Notes: generated by a model not told the origin, from the sequence alone. 64,000 nt of DNA from a virus (IMGVR_UViG_3300028805_000055:64001-128000); one strand, 5' to 3'; counted from the stretch's first letter, positions 26,504 through 36,694 are shown. Numbers and translations are program-made.

Positions 26504-27412
26504 TTATCTTTTTACTCTATAATAATCTGGAATGGGTTTCTGGGTATTCAGAAGCTCTTCGTTACCCTCGTATGGCACACACTGTAGATAATCAACATGT
26601 CTTGTGTCTATCATGCGGAAGGGCGAAAGGTTCTGCGGATGGAATGACTCGAAGAAGTGTGGAAACCATGTGTTATGCTCTCCGTCTCTTGCAAGCACAG
26701 GAGTGAATGCCTTCATCTTGGTAAAGTCATATCTCTCACCATCGTCAGTGTTTGAGGCATGATTGAACCTGTCAATGAATTCAAACCAATTCATGACCTT
26801 AGAACATCCATTTCCTTGGTCAATGTATATAACTCTTTGAACCTGGTCGATTAATCCGACGTTGTAGATATCACCTAGAACAAAACCCCAAGTACCTTTA
26901 TTGTTGACGCACACAACTTTGTCATTATACTTGAAATCGAAGTTCCAGTCCTCGTCATCATCATATGTCCAGTTGCCCCTATTCTTCAGCTCCTCATGGA
27001 GTTCAAACAGATACTTGGGGACAATATCATTGACAAAGTGGCAGGAGTTTTCATAGTAGGATTTCGATTCATCCTCCATATAGCCGTATTTCTTCCACAG
27101 ACACCTCTGGTCAGTCATTCTCATAACGGAATACTTAACCCTATAGAGCCTGTCTGGAAGCTCAGTATAATGTACATGGAGACCATTATTATGTGATACG
27201 TCTGATGGTGGTATATGAACTCTACCATCGTTGGTAATCTCTATGACTGTTTCTGGATTTGCCCACGAATCCGTCTTCATTAGACCTAGGATGGGAAACT
27301 CGCCTACTCTGTCCCAGCAGATAATTCTAACTGGTGAGTCATTGAAGAAAACCTTGGCATTACCCTTCATGATTTTCTCCTTGAATTTGATGTTAAATTT
27401 CACTTTCTTCAT
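26504..27412 (-). CDS. multidomain hypothetical phage protein
   Basis: N-terminal VRIICWDR-x-GEFPILGL and C-terminal VLARD...QCVPYEGNEELL motifs. Confidence 0.8.
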   Translation of the reverse strand: MKKVKFNIKFKEKIMKGNAKVFFNDSPVRIICWDRVGEFPILGLMKTDSWANPETVIEITNDGRVHIPPSDVSHNNGLHVHYTELPDRLYRVKYSVMRMTDQRCLWKKYGYMEDESKSYYENSCHFVNDIVPKYLFELHEELKNRGNWTYDDDEDWNFDFKYNDKVVCVNNKGTWGFVLGDIYNVGLIDQVQRVIYIDQGNGCSKVMNWFEFIDRFNHASNTDDGERYDFTKMKAFTPVLARDGEHNTWFPHFFESFHPQNLSPFRMIDTRHVDYLQCVPYEGNEELLNTQKPIPDYYRVKR

Positions 27413-27956
27413 ATAGCTTTGTTGGATTAAGATTTTTATATACTTCAGTATTAATAAAGCACTCTATTACCTTATCATAACTAGCCTCGATAATAGGAAT
27501 TGCTAAGTCGGTAGTATCTTCATAATGGTAATTACATGAATCATGGAAGAGATAGAAATTATCCCCTGTATAATTGTCCTTAAACATGTGCTGTGTCATG
27601 CGGCATCGTCTTACATTCAGCCAGCATGTAAACTCCCACATCTTATCATTCACGTAATCCACCCTGGATGTTATCATGGATGATTTCTTGAAGTAGAATG
27701 TCTTTAAGTCACCCCACCCATAGAAGTTTTGGCTGAAATAGGCATCCCACAGGTGGCGTTCTCTAGTGACGCAATGATAGAAGAAATTCTCAAATACAGC
27801 AAGAATTTCGAACTTGAATGGGCAGAATGCGATGTATTCTCCCAGGTCAACCTCTATGTAGTCCTTACCGAACTTATAGTTTCTTAACTTAATACTGTCG
27901 TGTAGATTCTCCACGAACGTTTTATTCCTGTCGTAATATTGGTTATATGTGTTCAT
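27393..27956 (-). CDS. hypothetical protein
   Basis: 187-aa ORF. Confidence 0.7.
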   Translation of the reverse strand: MNTYNQYYDRNKTFVENLHDSIKLRNYKFGKDYIEVDLGEYIAFCPFKFEILAVFENFFYHCVTRERHLWDAYFSQNFYGWGDLKTFYFKKSSMITSRVDYVNDKMWEFTCWLNVRRCRMTQHMFKDNYTGDNFYLFHDSCNYHYEDTTDLAIPIIEASYDKVIECFINTEVYKNLNPTKLYEESEI

Positions 27957-27958
27957 GA

Positions 27959-28315
27959 TTAAAATGGCATTTCTGGTCTTTCAGCTTCTATTACCACTAT
28001 AGGTCTGGTGTCTTCCAGACACCTCGTCTCTGGATTCCACCTCATATGTTTTCTTTCCAATGCATCAAAGAGTAATTTCTTCTCCCTGTTGTTGGCAAGT
28101 TTAAAATCTCTACCCTCAACATATCCTATACCAGTCCTGGTGATAGTGGTTACATCATATAAATTGTGCCTGTTTATCAAGGCATGATACACTATAGCAT
28201 GTCTGACTTCACGTCCAAACTCAGATGTTACGAGTCTGGCATAGATGAATATCCAGTTTCTTGTAACTATGACATCACCTTCCTTGTATGTTGCTAAAAA
28301 ATCATCCTTCTCCAT
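27959..28315 (-). CDS. hypothetical protein (KEGD...A-x-x-x-EK-x-x-LF...W-N domain)
   Basis: domain also seen at 29445 and 37233. Confidence 0.75.
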   Translation of the reverse strand: MEKDDFLATYKEGDVIVTRNWIFIYARLVTSEFGREVRHAIVYHALINRHNLYDVTTITRTGIGYVEGRDFKLANNREKKLLFDALERKHMRWNPETRCLEDTRPIVVIEAERPEMPF

Positions 28316-28582
28316 GTTCTATATGAATTAATTGTTTGTTCTCTGCATCCCACCTAAGCCCCTTCTTCTCCAGTGTATCAAAAAACAACTTTCTTCTACT
28401 GTTAGGAGCTTGGGCTATATTGGTATAATCCTCAATACATCCAAGACCAGGGCGAGGTGGCATGTTAATTTTTATAAACTCTGTAACTCAGAATTATGTA
28501 TAAACAAAAAATTTCCACTTTGGTTATGTGGTACTGCATTTGGATTAAGATAAATCTTCATTGGTGCTTCATTTGCTTTCAT
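28302..28582 (-). pseudogene. two gene fragments at a cassette junction
   Basis: 36-codon MKANEAPMKIYLNP...stop (truncated relative of 21475..21717), then ...RPGLGCIEDY...KLFFDTLEKKGLRWDAE (C-terminal half of a 27959-type gene). Confidence 0.5.
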
Positions 28583-28584
28583 AG

Positions 28585-28932
28585 TCAAATCAAATTTTTA
28601 AGTGTATGCAAAATGCCTGCCTCAACTGCTTGTTCATAAGAAGTGTACAGTATTTTATCTACATAAGGATTACGCGCAGTTCTGGGAGTAATAACAAAAA
28701 CTTGATAAAGCCAATGAATAACATCCCAAATAGAACAGATGTCGATATGAATATTATGCACTTCCCTCAACCAGCGCATAGCCCTTTGTTGAGTACAAGT
28801 GGTTACTGCTTCAGATGTCCCGTCACCGTTGTTCTTTTGGATATAATGTGTGAAGCACTCTTTATCCATTCCTTTTTCCTTTAGTAATTCTGCAATTTCA
28901 GGGTTGCAGTATGCTTCTTTTATCATAATCAA
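28585..28932 (-). CDS. hypothetical protein (EAYC...AELLKEKG...AMRWLREVHNIHI family)
   Basis: 115-aa ORF in a low-GC cassette. Confidence 0.8.
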   Translation of the reverse strand: MIMIKEAYCNPEIAELLKEKGMDKECFTHYIQKNNGDGTSEAVTTCTQQRAMRWLREVHNIHIDICSIWDVIHWLYQVFVITPRTARNPYVDKILYTSYEQAVEAGILHTLKNLI

Positions 28933-29315
28933 TCAATTTTATACATTCCTTCTGGTGCTTCAAGAGCAAGACCTTTCTCAATTAATCCGCGATAGTCAAA
29001 ATGATGGGCATTGAGCCAATCTAAAGTGTCATAGGAAGGTATCAACGGTCCTTTAAATAAATGTATACCAACTCCCAATACAGAAAATTCCTTTAGTTCT
29101 TCCTCAGTCATACTTGACATTGGACGGAGATATGGTTTAATGTCTTTAATATTATTGTAATAAAATGCATTAAGTAGCACATCCGCATAATTATGCTTTA
29201 AATCTAACAATCCTTCTTCAGTTGTTCCATCTTTAAGCCATATCTTACACTTTACATGATAAGACAATCTTGCACTTAAATCCTTTAAAAGGAGTTCTTT
29301 ATCTTCTTGTGACAT
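28929..29315 (-). CDS. hypothetical protein, paralogue of 21730..22248
   Basis: near-identical N-terminal, middle and C-terminal blocks. Confidence 0.8.
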   Translation of the reverse strand: MSQEDKELLLKDLSARLSYHVKCKIWLKDGTTEEGLLDLKHNYADVLLNAFYYNNIKDIKPYLRPMSSMTEEELKEFSVLGVGIHLFKGPLIPSYDTLDWLNAHHFDYRGLIEKGLALEAPEGMYKID

Positions 29316-29444
29316 AAATCTTATTTGTTTACTTTGTTTTGTCATTAATACCAATGTATTATCCTAATAGAATACCTATTATAAATCCGATAAATGTAAA
29401 AGTTTGAACAAATCCTAATCCTACCATAATTTTACTTATTTACT

Positions 29445-31250
29445 TTAATATGTATTTCTCTTTTTTAAATACCCTATTGCAGCACTCCAGCCATCATCAA
29501 ATGTAGGCTCGCTACTATGATATTCAATTTTGTCAAGAGCATCATTATAAGCATCCTTTTTCGCTTGAGCAAGCTCTTCATCAGTAATATTGGTTTGAGG
29601 CTGAATACGTTCTTTGAGCCAATTAATTAATTTATCCGCATTTCGCCCATCACCTCTCATTGTATGAATCATAGCTTCAATATCAGAAAAATTGTATTTA
29701 TCTTCTTCACTCCATTCTTTACTTGGTACAAGTTCTAAGAGAATGTTTGCTTGCTTTTTTATTGTATTTGTATCATTTGGGTCTAATCCTGCATATTGGC
29801 CAAAGAAAGAGCCACCTATGTACATCATTGCATTTTCAAAGTCAGTTAATTCGCCTGTATTTTCTTGCTTCCACTCTTGCTTTGGCTGTACCAGACCTTT
29901 GAGGGATTCGAGCCAATCAGAAAATTCCTTTCTTGAATTACAATATGGAGTAGAATAAATTAAATTATGTATTCCTCTATACATTCTTTCATCCTCTTCA
30001 CTCCATTCTTGCTTTGGTTGTGGCTGTACTCTGTCTTTGAGCCAATTAATATCTTTATCATATTCTTTTTTGCAAGGATATTGTTCCGAACAATATTCTA
30101 TTGAAGAAAGAATTGAGTTGTACCTTCTTATATCCTCGTCATTCAAAGCATGGTTCTGCTCATCCATAGCGGACTTTTGTTCAATCTTCTTCAATTCTTT
30201 CTTCTCAGCATCCCACTCATATCCTGCTTCTTTCATTTTCTGAAATAAGAGGTCACGCTGTTCTTTGGTGGCTGGATAAGGCTCTTTATATGTAAAATAA
30301 TTACCGATAGCACATTCAGTAAAGCGTAATCCATCATGAGTTTTGTAGATTCCACAATATGCACAAACTCTACCTCTTAAATCAAGTTTCCCATTATATA
30401 TAAAAATCTTATCTTTATCTTCAGCTGCAAGCACATCACCAGCCTTTGCATCTGCAATACTCCAAAGATGATAGTTGTTCTCGATGGCAGTATGTGCTAT
30501 TGTATGGTGATACCCTAAAATATCAACAACTTTATAATCAAGAGGGCTGGGTTTAGCAACTTTAATAATATTTCTTCTTTCATTGTGAACAAGCCAATCT
30601 CCAACTTTTGGTTCAACCTTATCAGTAGACTTCTGCTCAATCTTCCTCAACTCTTTTTTCTCAAAGTCAAAGATATATCCAGCATCAGCCATTGCTTTCA
30701 TCAGAGTATCGCGCTGTTCTTTGGTGGCAGGATGCAACAGTGGTACGTCGTTTGTTTTTCCCCAGTAAAAATCTTTTTCTTGTATTTTAAATTTTCCACT
30801 ATCAGCAACACAATGATAATCAACTACATCTTCATACTTTTTATTTCCTATCTTTCTAAACAATATTACACTAGCATCATCTGCAAGCACATCGCCATCC
30901 TTTGCATCTTGGATTGTCCAAAGTCTTGCATCATTTTCCAACGAATAATGCGTACAAGAATACTCTTTACCTTCATTTGTCTTATAGGCATAAGTATTAT
31001 CTAATACTTTCATTATTTGAAATATAGTGCCATCTTCATTATCTATGCACCAGTCGCCAACATTGAACTTTATCCTCTCGTCATCTGACTCTACAAGTTC
31101 GGGAAAAAGTTTTGCATACATGCCTCTTATGCCATCTTTTGTAAGATGATTGCAGATATAGTCATCAGCCAAGCAATCAAGTGCTAATTTTGCGCAATCC
31201 AAAGCCTCGTCATATCTTTGGGCTTTTTCTTCTATTGTAAGTTCTTTCAT
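29445..31250 (-). CDS. modular repeat protein
   Basis: two copies of KVGDW...LW-x-I-x-DAK-x-GDVLA...PATKEQRD...GY and repeated WSEED...WLK units. Confidence 0.8.
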   Translation of the reverse strand: MKELTIEEKAQRYDEALDCAKLALDCLADDYICNHLTKDGIRGMYAKLFPELVESDDERIKFNVGDWCIDNEDGTIFQIMKVLDNTYAYKTNEGKEYSCTHYSLENDARLWTIQDAKDGDVLADDASVILFRKIGNKKYEDVVDYHCVADSGKFKIQEKDFYWGKTNDVPLLHPATKEQRDTLMKAMADAGYIFDFEKKELRKIEQKSTDKVEPKVGDWLVHNERRNIIKVAKPSPLDYKVVDILGYHHTIAHTAIENNYHLWSIADAKAGDVLAAEDKDKIFIYNGKLDLRGRVCAYCGIYKTHDGLRFTECAIGNYFTYKEPYPATKEQRDLLFQKMKEAGYEWDAEKKELKKIEQKSAMDEQNHALNDEDIRRYNSILSSIEYCSEQYPCKKEYDKDINWLKDRVQPQPKQEWSEEDERMYRGIHNLIYSTPYCNSRKEFSDWLESLKGLVQPKQEWKQENTGELTDFENAMMYIGGSFFGQYAGLDPNDTNTIKKQANILLELVPSKEWSEEDKYNFSDIEAMIHTMRGDGRNADKLINWLKERIQPQTNITDEELAQAKKDAYNDALDKIEYHSSEPTFDDGWSAAIGYLKKRNTY

Positions 31251-31274
31251 ATGCATTTAATTTATAATTTCAGT

Positions 31275-31308
31275 TGCAAAGTTATACAAAAAAAATGGGA
31301 TAACCAAA
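31275..31308 (-). promoter_or_regulatory. Bacteroidota sigma promoter fused to a terminator hairpin
   Basis: inverted repeat ATGGGATAA/TTATCCCAT; -7 box TAACTTTG. Confidence 0.8.
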
Positions 31309-31510
31309 TATTATCCCATCTTTTAAGATTTATTAACTACTGACCCTTGATTATGGGTCGTACTATTGGCTGATTCTTTTTCTTATTGCCGTGCTTCTTT
31401 TCAAACCACTTTGCTACCTTCATCATCGTCTCGTAGGTGGTGTATACAGTTCCTGCTACCGCAACAACCGTATTGATTTTCTTAATGAGTCCTAGCATAC
31501 TGATTATTGT

Positions 31511-31870
31511 TTACTCTATCGGTAATTGTCTTTGAATATTATACAGGGTGTCGTAGAAATATGACTTATTATCACTTACAATATCACACCATTCCAGATA
31601 CTCGTCATATAGGATGCTGGTAGCACCAAGGAAATCCTCTGGGTCTGAGGGACGCATCCATGCACCCTCATAGCTGGAGGTACTGCATATACCAGCCTTG
31701 TAGATATTCCATTTGCCTTTCTTCTTCATCCATTTCATGAACAAAGACCTTGTTACGGCAATCTGGTAGCTATCGCTGTTTACCTTTCTGTTTTTTGGCA
31801 GCTTCATGAGATTTTCCAAGTTCTTCAACTCTCTTTCGGAAATCCCCAATTCCTTCAACATCTTCTCCAT
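31511..31870 (-). CDS. hypothetical protein
   Basis: 119-aa ORF. Confidence 0.65.
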   Translation of the reverse strand: MEKMLKELGISERELKNLENLMKLPKNRKVNSDSYQIAVTRSLFMKWMKKKGKWNIYKAGICSTSSYEGAWMRPSDPEDFLGATSILYDEYLEWCDIVSDNKSYFYDTLYNIQRQLPIE

Positions 31871-32087
31871 TGAATTTAATTCCTATTACGATTTTTTCTG
31901 ATAATGGTTTACCTGGCTCTAGCTTCAGTACCGTCACACTAATGTTCGTCCTGTACCATTTCACACTCTTGAAATGATATGTAATTCTCCTACCCTCGTC
32001 CTCACGCTTAGCAGTGAAGCCGAAGAAACTGGCATCCTCCAGGATTTCCTTTACTGTGTCGTATTTAATGAATCCGCTATCTTCCAT
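31770..32087 (-). CDS. hypothetical protein (probably leaderless)
   Basis: TATCTTTGCAGC-ATG. Confidence 0.7.
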   Translation of the reverse strand: MEDSGFIKYDTVKEILEDASFFGFTAKREDEGRRITYHFKSVKWYRTNISVTVLKLEPGKPLSEKIVIGIKFNGEDVEGIGDFRKRVEELGKSHEAAKKQKGKQR

Positions 32088-32089
32088 GC

Positions 32090-32123
32090 TGCAAAGATAT
32101 ACAAAATATTCCTAATAACCAAA
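32090..32123 (-). promoter_or_regulatory. Bacteroidota sigma promoter
   Basis: TTTGG...TATCTTTGCA. Confidence 0.8.
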
Positions 32124-32137
32124 GAAATTAAGGATTT

Positions 32138-32392
32138 TTAAGAAGTTTTTGGTGTAATCTCCTCAATCATCATGGTAACAGCATAACGTTTTGCTTGTTC
32201 TCCTGTTTTCTTAGGCTTTAGTGAATTGAACATAGGACCAGTGATGTTGATTAAATCACTCGGCTCTCCTTGGAAGTATGACTTTGCAATCACCTTCTTG
32301 GGTTCTTCCTCCAGGGCTTCTTTCACCTGTTGGTTCTTCTCCATTTTTTCTCTTAAGCCTTCAATAGCTTTCATTACATCAGCCTCAGCCAT
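32138..32392 (-). CDS. hypothetical protein
   Basis: 84-aa ORF. Confidence 0.7.
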   Translation of the reverse strand: MAEADVMKAIEGLREKMEKNQQVKEALEEEPKKVIAKSYFQGEPSDLINITGPMFNSLKPKKTGEQAKRYAVTMMIEEITPKTS

Positions 32393-32397
32393 AGTTG

Positions 32398-32925
32398 TTA
32401 CATTTTACTGTTTAATACTTCAGAAACGATATTTCCCTTAACGTTAGGGAACTTAGCCTTTACCACAGGCATAATCTTGCCCATGTCCTTTATTGAGAGT
32501 TTGTAGCCCTCTGGTTGCTCTGAGAGATACTTGTCAATTGTTTCGCTTACAAACGCCTTGATGTCGTCCTCTGTAGGCTGCGCTGGTGTGAATTCCTTGA
32601 TAACATCAAGCTCGCCCTGTTCAATAGCAGCAAGGTCTTCTCTCTTTGCCTCCTTATATTTCTCTATAGTCTTATTCCTCTGCTCAGCCATTTCAAGCAG
32701 AATGCCAGTCTCCTGGTCTTCGGTAAGAACATACTTAGCCTTGGGGTTCTTATTGATGAACTCCGACTTTATTAGTTTGAGAGTCTTTATTCTCTCATTA
32801 ACCTCTTTAACTACACCTTCCTCCTCTGCTGTTTTCTCCTTTTTGGTAAGCAGTGGTGCGTTCTCTTCCATAAGTTTCTGCAAGGCTTTCTCCACCTTGG
32901 CAAGAATTGTAACATTTGTGTCCAT
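32398..32925 (-). CDS. GatB/YqeY domain protein
   Basis: LKLIKSEF, QR...Y-x-x-A-x-REDLA-x-x-E-x-x-EL-x-VI-x-x-F-x-P, KDMGKIM. Confidence 0.85.
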   Translation of the reverse strand: MDTNVTILAKVEKALQKLMEENAPLLTKKEKTAEEEGVVKEVNERIKTLKLIKSEFINKNPKAKYVLTEDQETGILLEMAEQRNKTIEKYKEAKREDLAAIEQGELDVIKEFTPAQPTEDDIKAFVSETIDKYLSEQPEGYKLSIKDMGKIMPVVKAKFPNVKGNIVSEVLNSKM

Positions 32926-32937
32926 ATAATTTACTAA

Positions 32938-33630
32938 TTAGTTTTCGTTAAAAGACCAGAGGAATCCCTTATACTGGTCGCTCCTACCGCTGCAACACCT
33001 TGATACACAGGAGGGTGAGAAACCTCCGTCAGATGTTGCCATAATGCTTTCCCATGTATTCACGAGATTTCCCTCTGTGTCATATTGATATACTTTCTTC
33101 TTCTCCCTTCCTCCCTTTGTCCTAGGGTACAAATCTTGACTTCTCTTGAAGTGTTCGATTGTAAGTGGTTTATTAAGGTTCTCTTTATGCGTCATTACAC
33201 ACAGGTTATCAAGGTTGTTATTCTCTCTGTTTGTGTCCTTATGGCAGACTATTAATCCTTCTGGGACTTCACCCCTAAAGGTTATCCATACAAGATAGTG
33301 TATATACATATGTTTGCCCTTAACCTGGTCGTTTGAGAGTGACACATGCATATACCCACTAGCGGGAAGCTTCCCTGGCTTGAGGAGTTTTCCGAACTTG
33401 TTCATGACCTCTCCCTTCTCGTTTATCCTATACGATTCAAAGCCTGGTATCGGCTTCCATTCTTCGTCGGATATAGAGGCAGAGACCTCTTCTATTCGTC
33501 TAAGGGTGACAGACTCGTAATACTTCTGCTTTACGGTCTGCCTTACCCTCTCCTTATTTTCCCTATACCAATCCTTTCGGTAATGCGGGTGAGTTTCACG
33601 CCATTTTCTTGCCTGTTCTGGTTTAGCCAT
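32938..33630 (-). CDS. NUMOD4-HNH homing endonuclease with NUMOD1 tail
   Basis: EEWKPIPGFESY, IH-x-LV-x-x-TF, HKDTNRENNNLDNL, KKVYQYD. Confidence 0.9.
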   Translation of the reverse strand: MAKPEQARKWRETHPHYRKDWYRENKERVRQTVKQKYYESVTLRRIEEVSASISDEEWKPIPGFESYRINEKGEVMNKFGKLLKPGKLPASGYMHVSLSNDQVKGKHMYIHYLVWITFRGEVPEGLIVCHKDTNRENNNLDNLCVMTHKENLNKPLTIEHFKRSQDLYPRTKGGREKKKVYQYDTEGNLVNTWESIMATSDGGFSPSCVSRCCSGRSDQYKGFLWSFNEN

Positions 33631-33632
33631 AA

Positions 33633-34697
33633 TTAACGTGGATATCCACCATGATTCTCCATATCCAGGGCTACAACCGTCTTCGCTGTCATATTGATAA
33701 GCGATTCAAGGTCTCTGTAGTCACAGACCTCAGCCTGGGTGTGCATATTCCTGTTAGGAATTGACAGGAGCTGTGTGATACAGTTTGATGATGCCTGTCT
33801 GATATACACTGTGTTAGTGCCCCAAGCAGGTGCTATAAACTCCTGGTATGGAATGTTATTTTTATTGCAAACAGCCTTGATGAACTTGGTGAAATACGGA
33901 TGGTTGTTTACACCATGAGCGATACATCCACCCTTACCAAGCTTGATGTCACCCCACTCATTAGCATCAGCGTGACCGTCATCTGTAGAGAATGTCACAT
34001 CAAAGTCGATGGAGTAGTCTGGGTCAATACCAGCAGCAGCAACTATTGCTCCAGTGGCTGTGGTCTCCTCCTGTGTACATGCAACGAAATACACGCACAG
34101 GTTATCAAGTGATGATTCCTTAGACAGAATTTCTGCTACCTCTGCAATGATGAAGATACCTGCCTTGTCATCAAGACCACGACCAGCCACTCTGTTGACA
34201 CCGATATCAAACGGTTCTCCATGAACAAGGGCAATGTCACCAATGTTCACGATTGCAGCAGCTTCTTCCTTGGTCTCAGCACCGATATCAATCTTCAAAT
34301 CCTTGATTTCCAGCACCTTATTCTTCTCCTCACCCTTCTCGATGTGGATTGCTGCCTTACCAATGACACCATCGATGATGCCAGTTGAAGTGAGAACCTT
34401 CACACGAGAACCAGGAAGCACCTTCTTGTCAATGCCTCCATCAGCCACGAAGTGAAGAAATCCCTTATCATCAATATTCTGAATTTGGAGAGCAATCTCG
34501 TCAATGTGTGCCGAAAGCATCAGCTTGGCTTCTGCCTCTGGATTACCCATCATGTAGATTGTGTTACCAGCATTGTCACGCTTAACAAGTGTGGCAAACT
34601 TGTTCATGTGGTCAGCAAACACATTGGATGCACTGCCCTCGTAACCACTTGGACTTGATGCACTCAAGAGTGCATGTAAAAATTCTCTGTTAATCAT
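33633..34697 (-). CDS. M42 family metallo-aminopeptidase
   Basis: SPSGYE, SAHIDEI, GRGLDDKAG, TQEE, RNMHT. Confidence 0.9.
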   Translation of the reverse strand: MINREFLHALLSASSPSGYEGSASNVFADHMNKFATLVKRDNAGNTIYMMGNPEAEAKLMLSAHIDEIALQIQNIDDKGFLHFVADGGIDKKVLPGSRVKVLTSTGIIDGVIGKAAIHIEKGEEKNKVLEIKDLKIDIGAETKEEAAAIVNIGDIALVHGEPFDIGVNRVAGRGLDDKAGIFIIAEVAEILSKESSLDNLCVYFVACTQEETTATGAIVAAAGIDPDYSIDFDVTFSTDDGHADANEWGDIKLGKGGCIAHGVNNHPYFTKFIKAVCNKNNIPYQEFIAPAWGTNTVYIRQASSNCITQLLSIPNRNMHTQAEVCDYRDLESLINMTAKTVVALDMENHGGYPR

Positions 34698-35157
34698 TAC
34701 CTAATAAATCTTTATATTTTTCAAAATACTCCTTTACTTCTTCACTACCTCTAATACCATTTGTCTTAATGGCATCAATAATATTGAAGCGTGTAATGTC
34801 TTTAATACAATCATTTGCAAAATCTATGGAATCCATGTTGTCTAACAGATAGAATCTCCATAGCTGCGATAGTTGTAAGTTCCTTTTGTATTGTTCGCTT
34901 TTCCTGTTTTCTTCCTTATACATGAAGTCATCGTCATCATAGACTATATATGGACTCCAGGTAAGCCAGAAATCTCCTAACGTAGTATACTTCCCTTTTT
35001 TTATGTCCTTATGGGTTGGAACATGAGCGATTGCACGTTTAGTGTATAGCTTATGAAACAACCCATGTTTCTTCAAGAAACTGTAGAAGATTTTGAAGAA
35101 TGGAGTACTATCGTTGAAAGCGTTATCTATGGCTATTATGCGTCTTACCTTTGCCAT
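34690..35157 (-). CDS. hypothetical protein
   Basis: 155-aa ORF. Confidence 0.7.
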   Translation of the reverse strand: MAKVRRIIAIDNAFNDSTPFFKIFYSFLKKHGLFHKLYTKRAIAHVPTHKDIKKGKYTTLGDFWLTWSPYIVYDDDDFMYKEENRKSEQYKRNLQLSQLWRFYLLDNMDSIDFANDCIKDITRFNIIDAIKTNGIRGSEEVKEYFEKYKDLLGND

Positions 35158-35177
35158 ACGCCTCCTTCTCCTCCTTA

Positions 35178-36032
35178 TTAACTAAACTCCCTCTTGAAGG
35201 GCTTGAAGTTACCCTCTGGGTTATGTGCTCCGTTCGTTGATGGCAGGTTGATAATGGCGAATACAATCTCCTTGAACAGGTTCTTGTATTCCTCACTATC
35301 AATCACCTCATGGAACAGCTTGGCTACAATCTTCGGTGGAGTGCCATAAGCACCACAGCCGAATGCGCTAAGCACGATGGAGTCATTACCATTCTCTAGA
35401 GCTATGTCAAATATCTGCTTTATCTTTCCCCTTAGGGTATCCTTTACCCAGTCAGCAACGTCTCCAGTCTCATCAACAGTAGGTTTCCTTACTGCTGGAA
35501 GTGTGATAACGTCAATCTTGAACGGGTCATCCATTATACGGCAGTTCTCGTCCTCTGACTTCCTAAACACAGTCACGTTAGGGGTATAGATACCGCCATA
35601 GTGCATTTCAAGCGGGTATCTCTCCTCACGCTGTGGAATGTGATAGTTAGTACCTACCTCATGGAACTGATAGAGTGACATAAAGATATTGGTACGTCTG
35701 AAGATGCTCTCTTCCTGTGCGGCAGAGCCTTTCTCTACACCACCTCCAGGAGTGTGGAATGATGCCATGTTAAGCACTGCTGGCTTCAGACCAAGCTTCA
35801 CCATAGCCTGTGCTGCATCAAGGCAGTCGCTGTCCATGATGGCTATATGGGTCTCATACTTAGGCAGGAGGTCATGATGAAGATTCACCTTAGTACTATA
35901 GAACTTGGTGTTGTTCTTCATATCCTCCATATCATCAAACTTTACGTCGATGTTTCTGATAGAATATCCCTTAGCCTTTACCAGTCTAACGGTATTTCTA
36001 AAAATGTTGACTCTTTCTTCCTTTGTCATCAT
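35178..36032 (-). CDS. bacterial-type PARG macrodomain (TIGR02452/DUF2263)
   Basis: VLNMAS-x-x-x-PGGG-x-x-x-G-x-x-AQEESIFRRT and LSAFGCGAY motifs. Confidence 0.9.
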   Translation of the reverse strand: MMTKEERVNIFRNTVRLVKAKGYSIRNIDVKFDDMEDMKNNTKFYSTKVNLHHDLLPKYETHIAIMDSDCLDAAQAMVKLGLKPAVLNMASFHTPGGGVEKGSAAQEESIFRRTNIFMSLYQFHEVGTNYHIPQREERYPLEMHYGGIYTPNVTVFRKSEDENCRIMDDPFKIDVITLPAVRKPTVDETGDVADWVKDTLRGKIKQIFDIALENGNDSIVLSAFGCGAYGTPPKIVAKLFHEVIDSEEYKNLFKEIVFAIINLPSTNGAHNPEGNFKPFKREFS

Positions 36033-36517
36033 ATCGTTCCCTCCTCAATTATAGTTTTCTTTTCCTCTTCTGAATAATCGTAGTCATCAATGTGAGCCAC
36101 AAGATAGTTCCACGATTTTCCAGTTATGTCAAGCCTTCCACTAGAGAAATAATCCCTGCTGAATGAAAACCATCCTCCCTGCTTTGTCCTAACGAAAACC
36201 TGTGATGGACGGTCAACAGCATTAGAGTCTTTTATCACAACAAACTTGTCTGTGCTCCTAGCGTAGAGCCAATAGCATCTTTTAGTCTCTTCAAGCCACT
36301 GTTTAAAATCGTTCGGATATCTTTTCTTGAAAGCCATCTGTCCAAGCACCTCATATACACTGACGATATAATGCCTTGAGAAAGATATCTTACCATCATC
36401 AAAGCAATGGTACATTTTACCTTCCTCTGGTATAGGCATTATATGCTTTTTTCTGCTATAGATAACAGTCCTATCTGGCAGTGGATACCTATTAGGCTTG
36501 TTTCTTTTTCTAATCAT
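36029..36517 (-). CDS. hypothetical protein
   Basis: FDDGKI-x-x-SR and FVRTKQGGWFS motifs. Confidence 0.75.
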   Translation of the reverse strand: MIRKRNKPNRYPLPDRTVIYSRKKHIMPIPEEGKMYHCFDDGKISFSRHYIVSVYEVLGQMAFKKRYPNDFKQWLEETKRCYWLYARSTDKFVVIKDSNAVDRPSQVFVRTKQGGWFSFSRDYFSSGRLDITGKSWNYLVAHIDDYDYSEEEKKTIIEEGTI

Positions 36518-36694
36518 TCCTTATTATTTTTTAGTCTGAACTCATAGTCTAGAATCATACTATCGTTTCTTGCTATCTCATTGAGTATCTTATCCTTATC
36601 AGCCTTTGGAGCATCGGATAGTTTCTCCCTAAGAACCATGTTGGCGTGTTCAAGTTTCTTGACCGCCTCTGTCAATACGCCCTTTGTTGCCATA

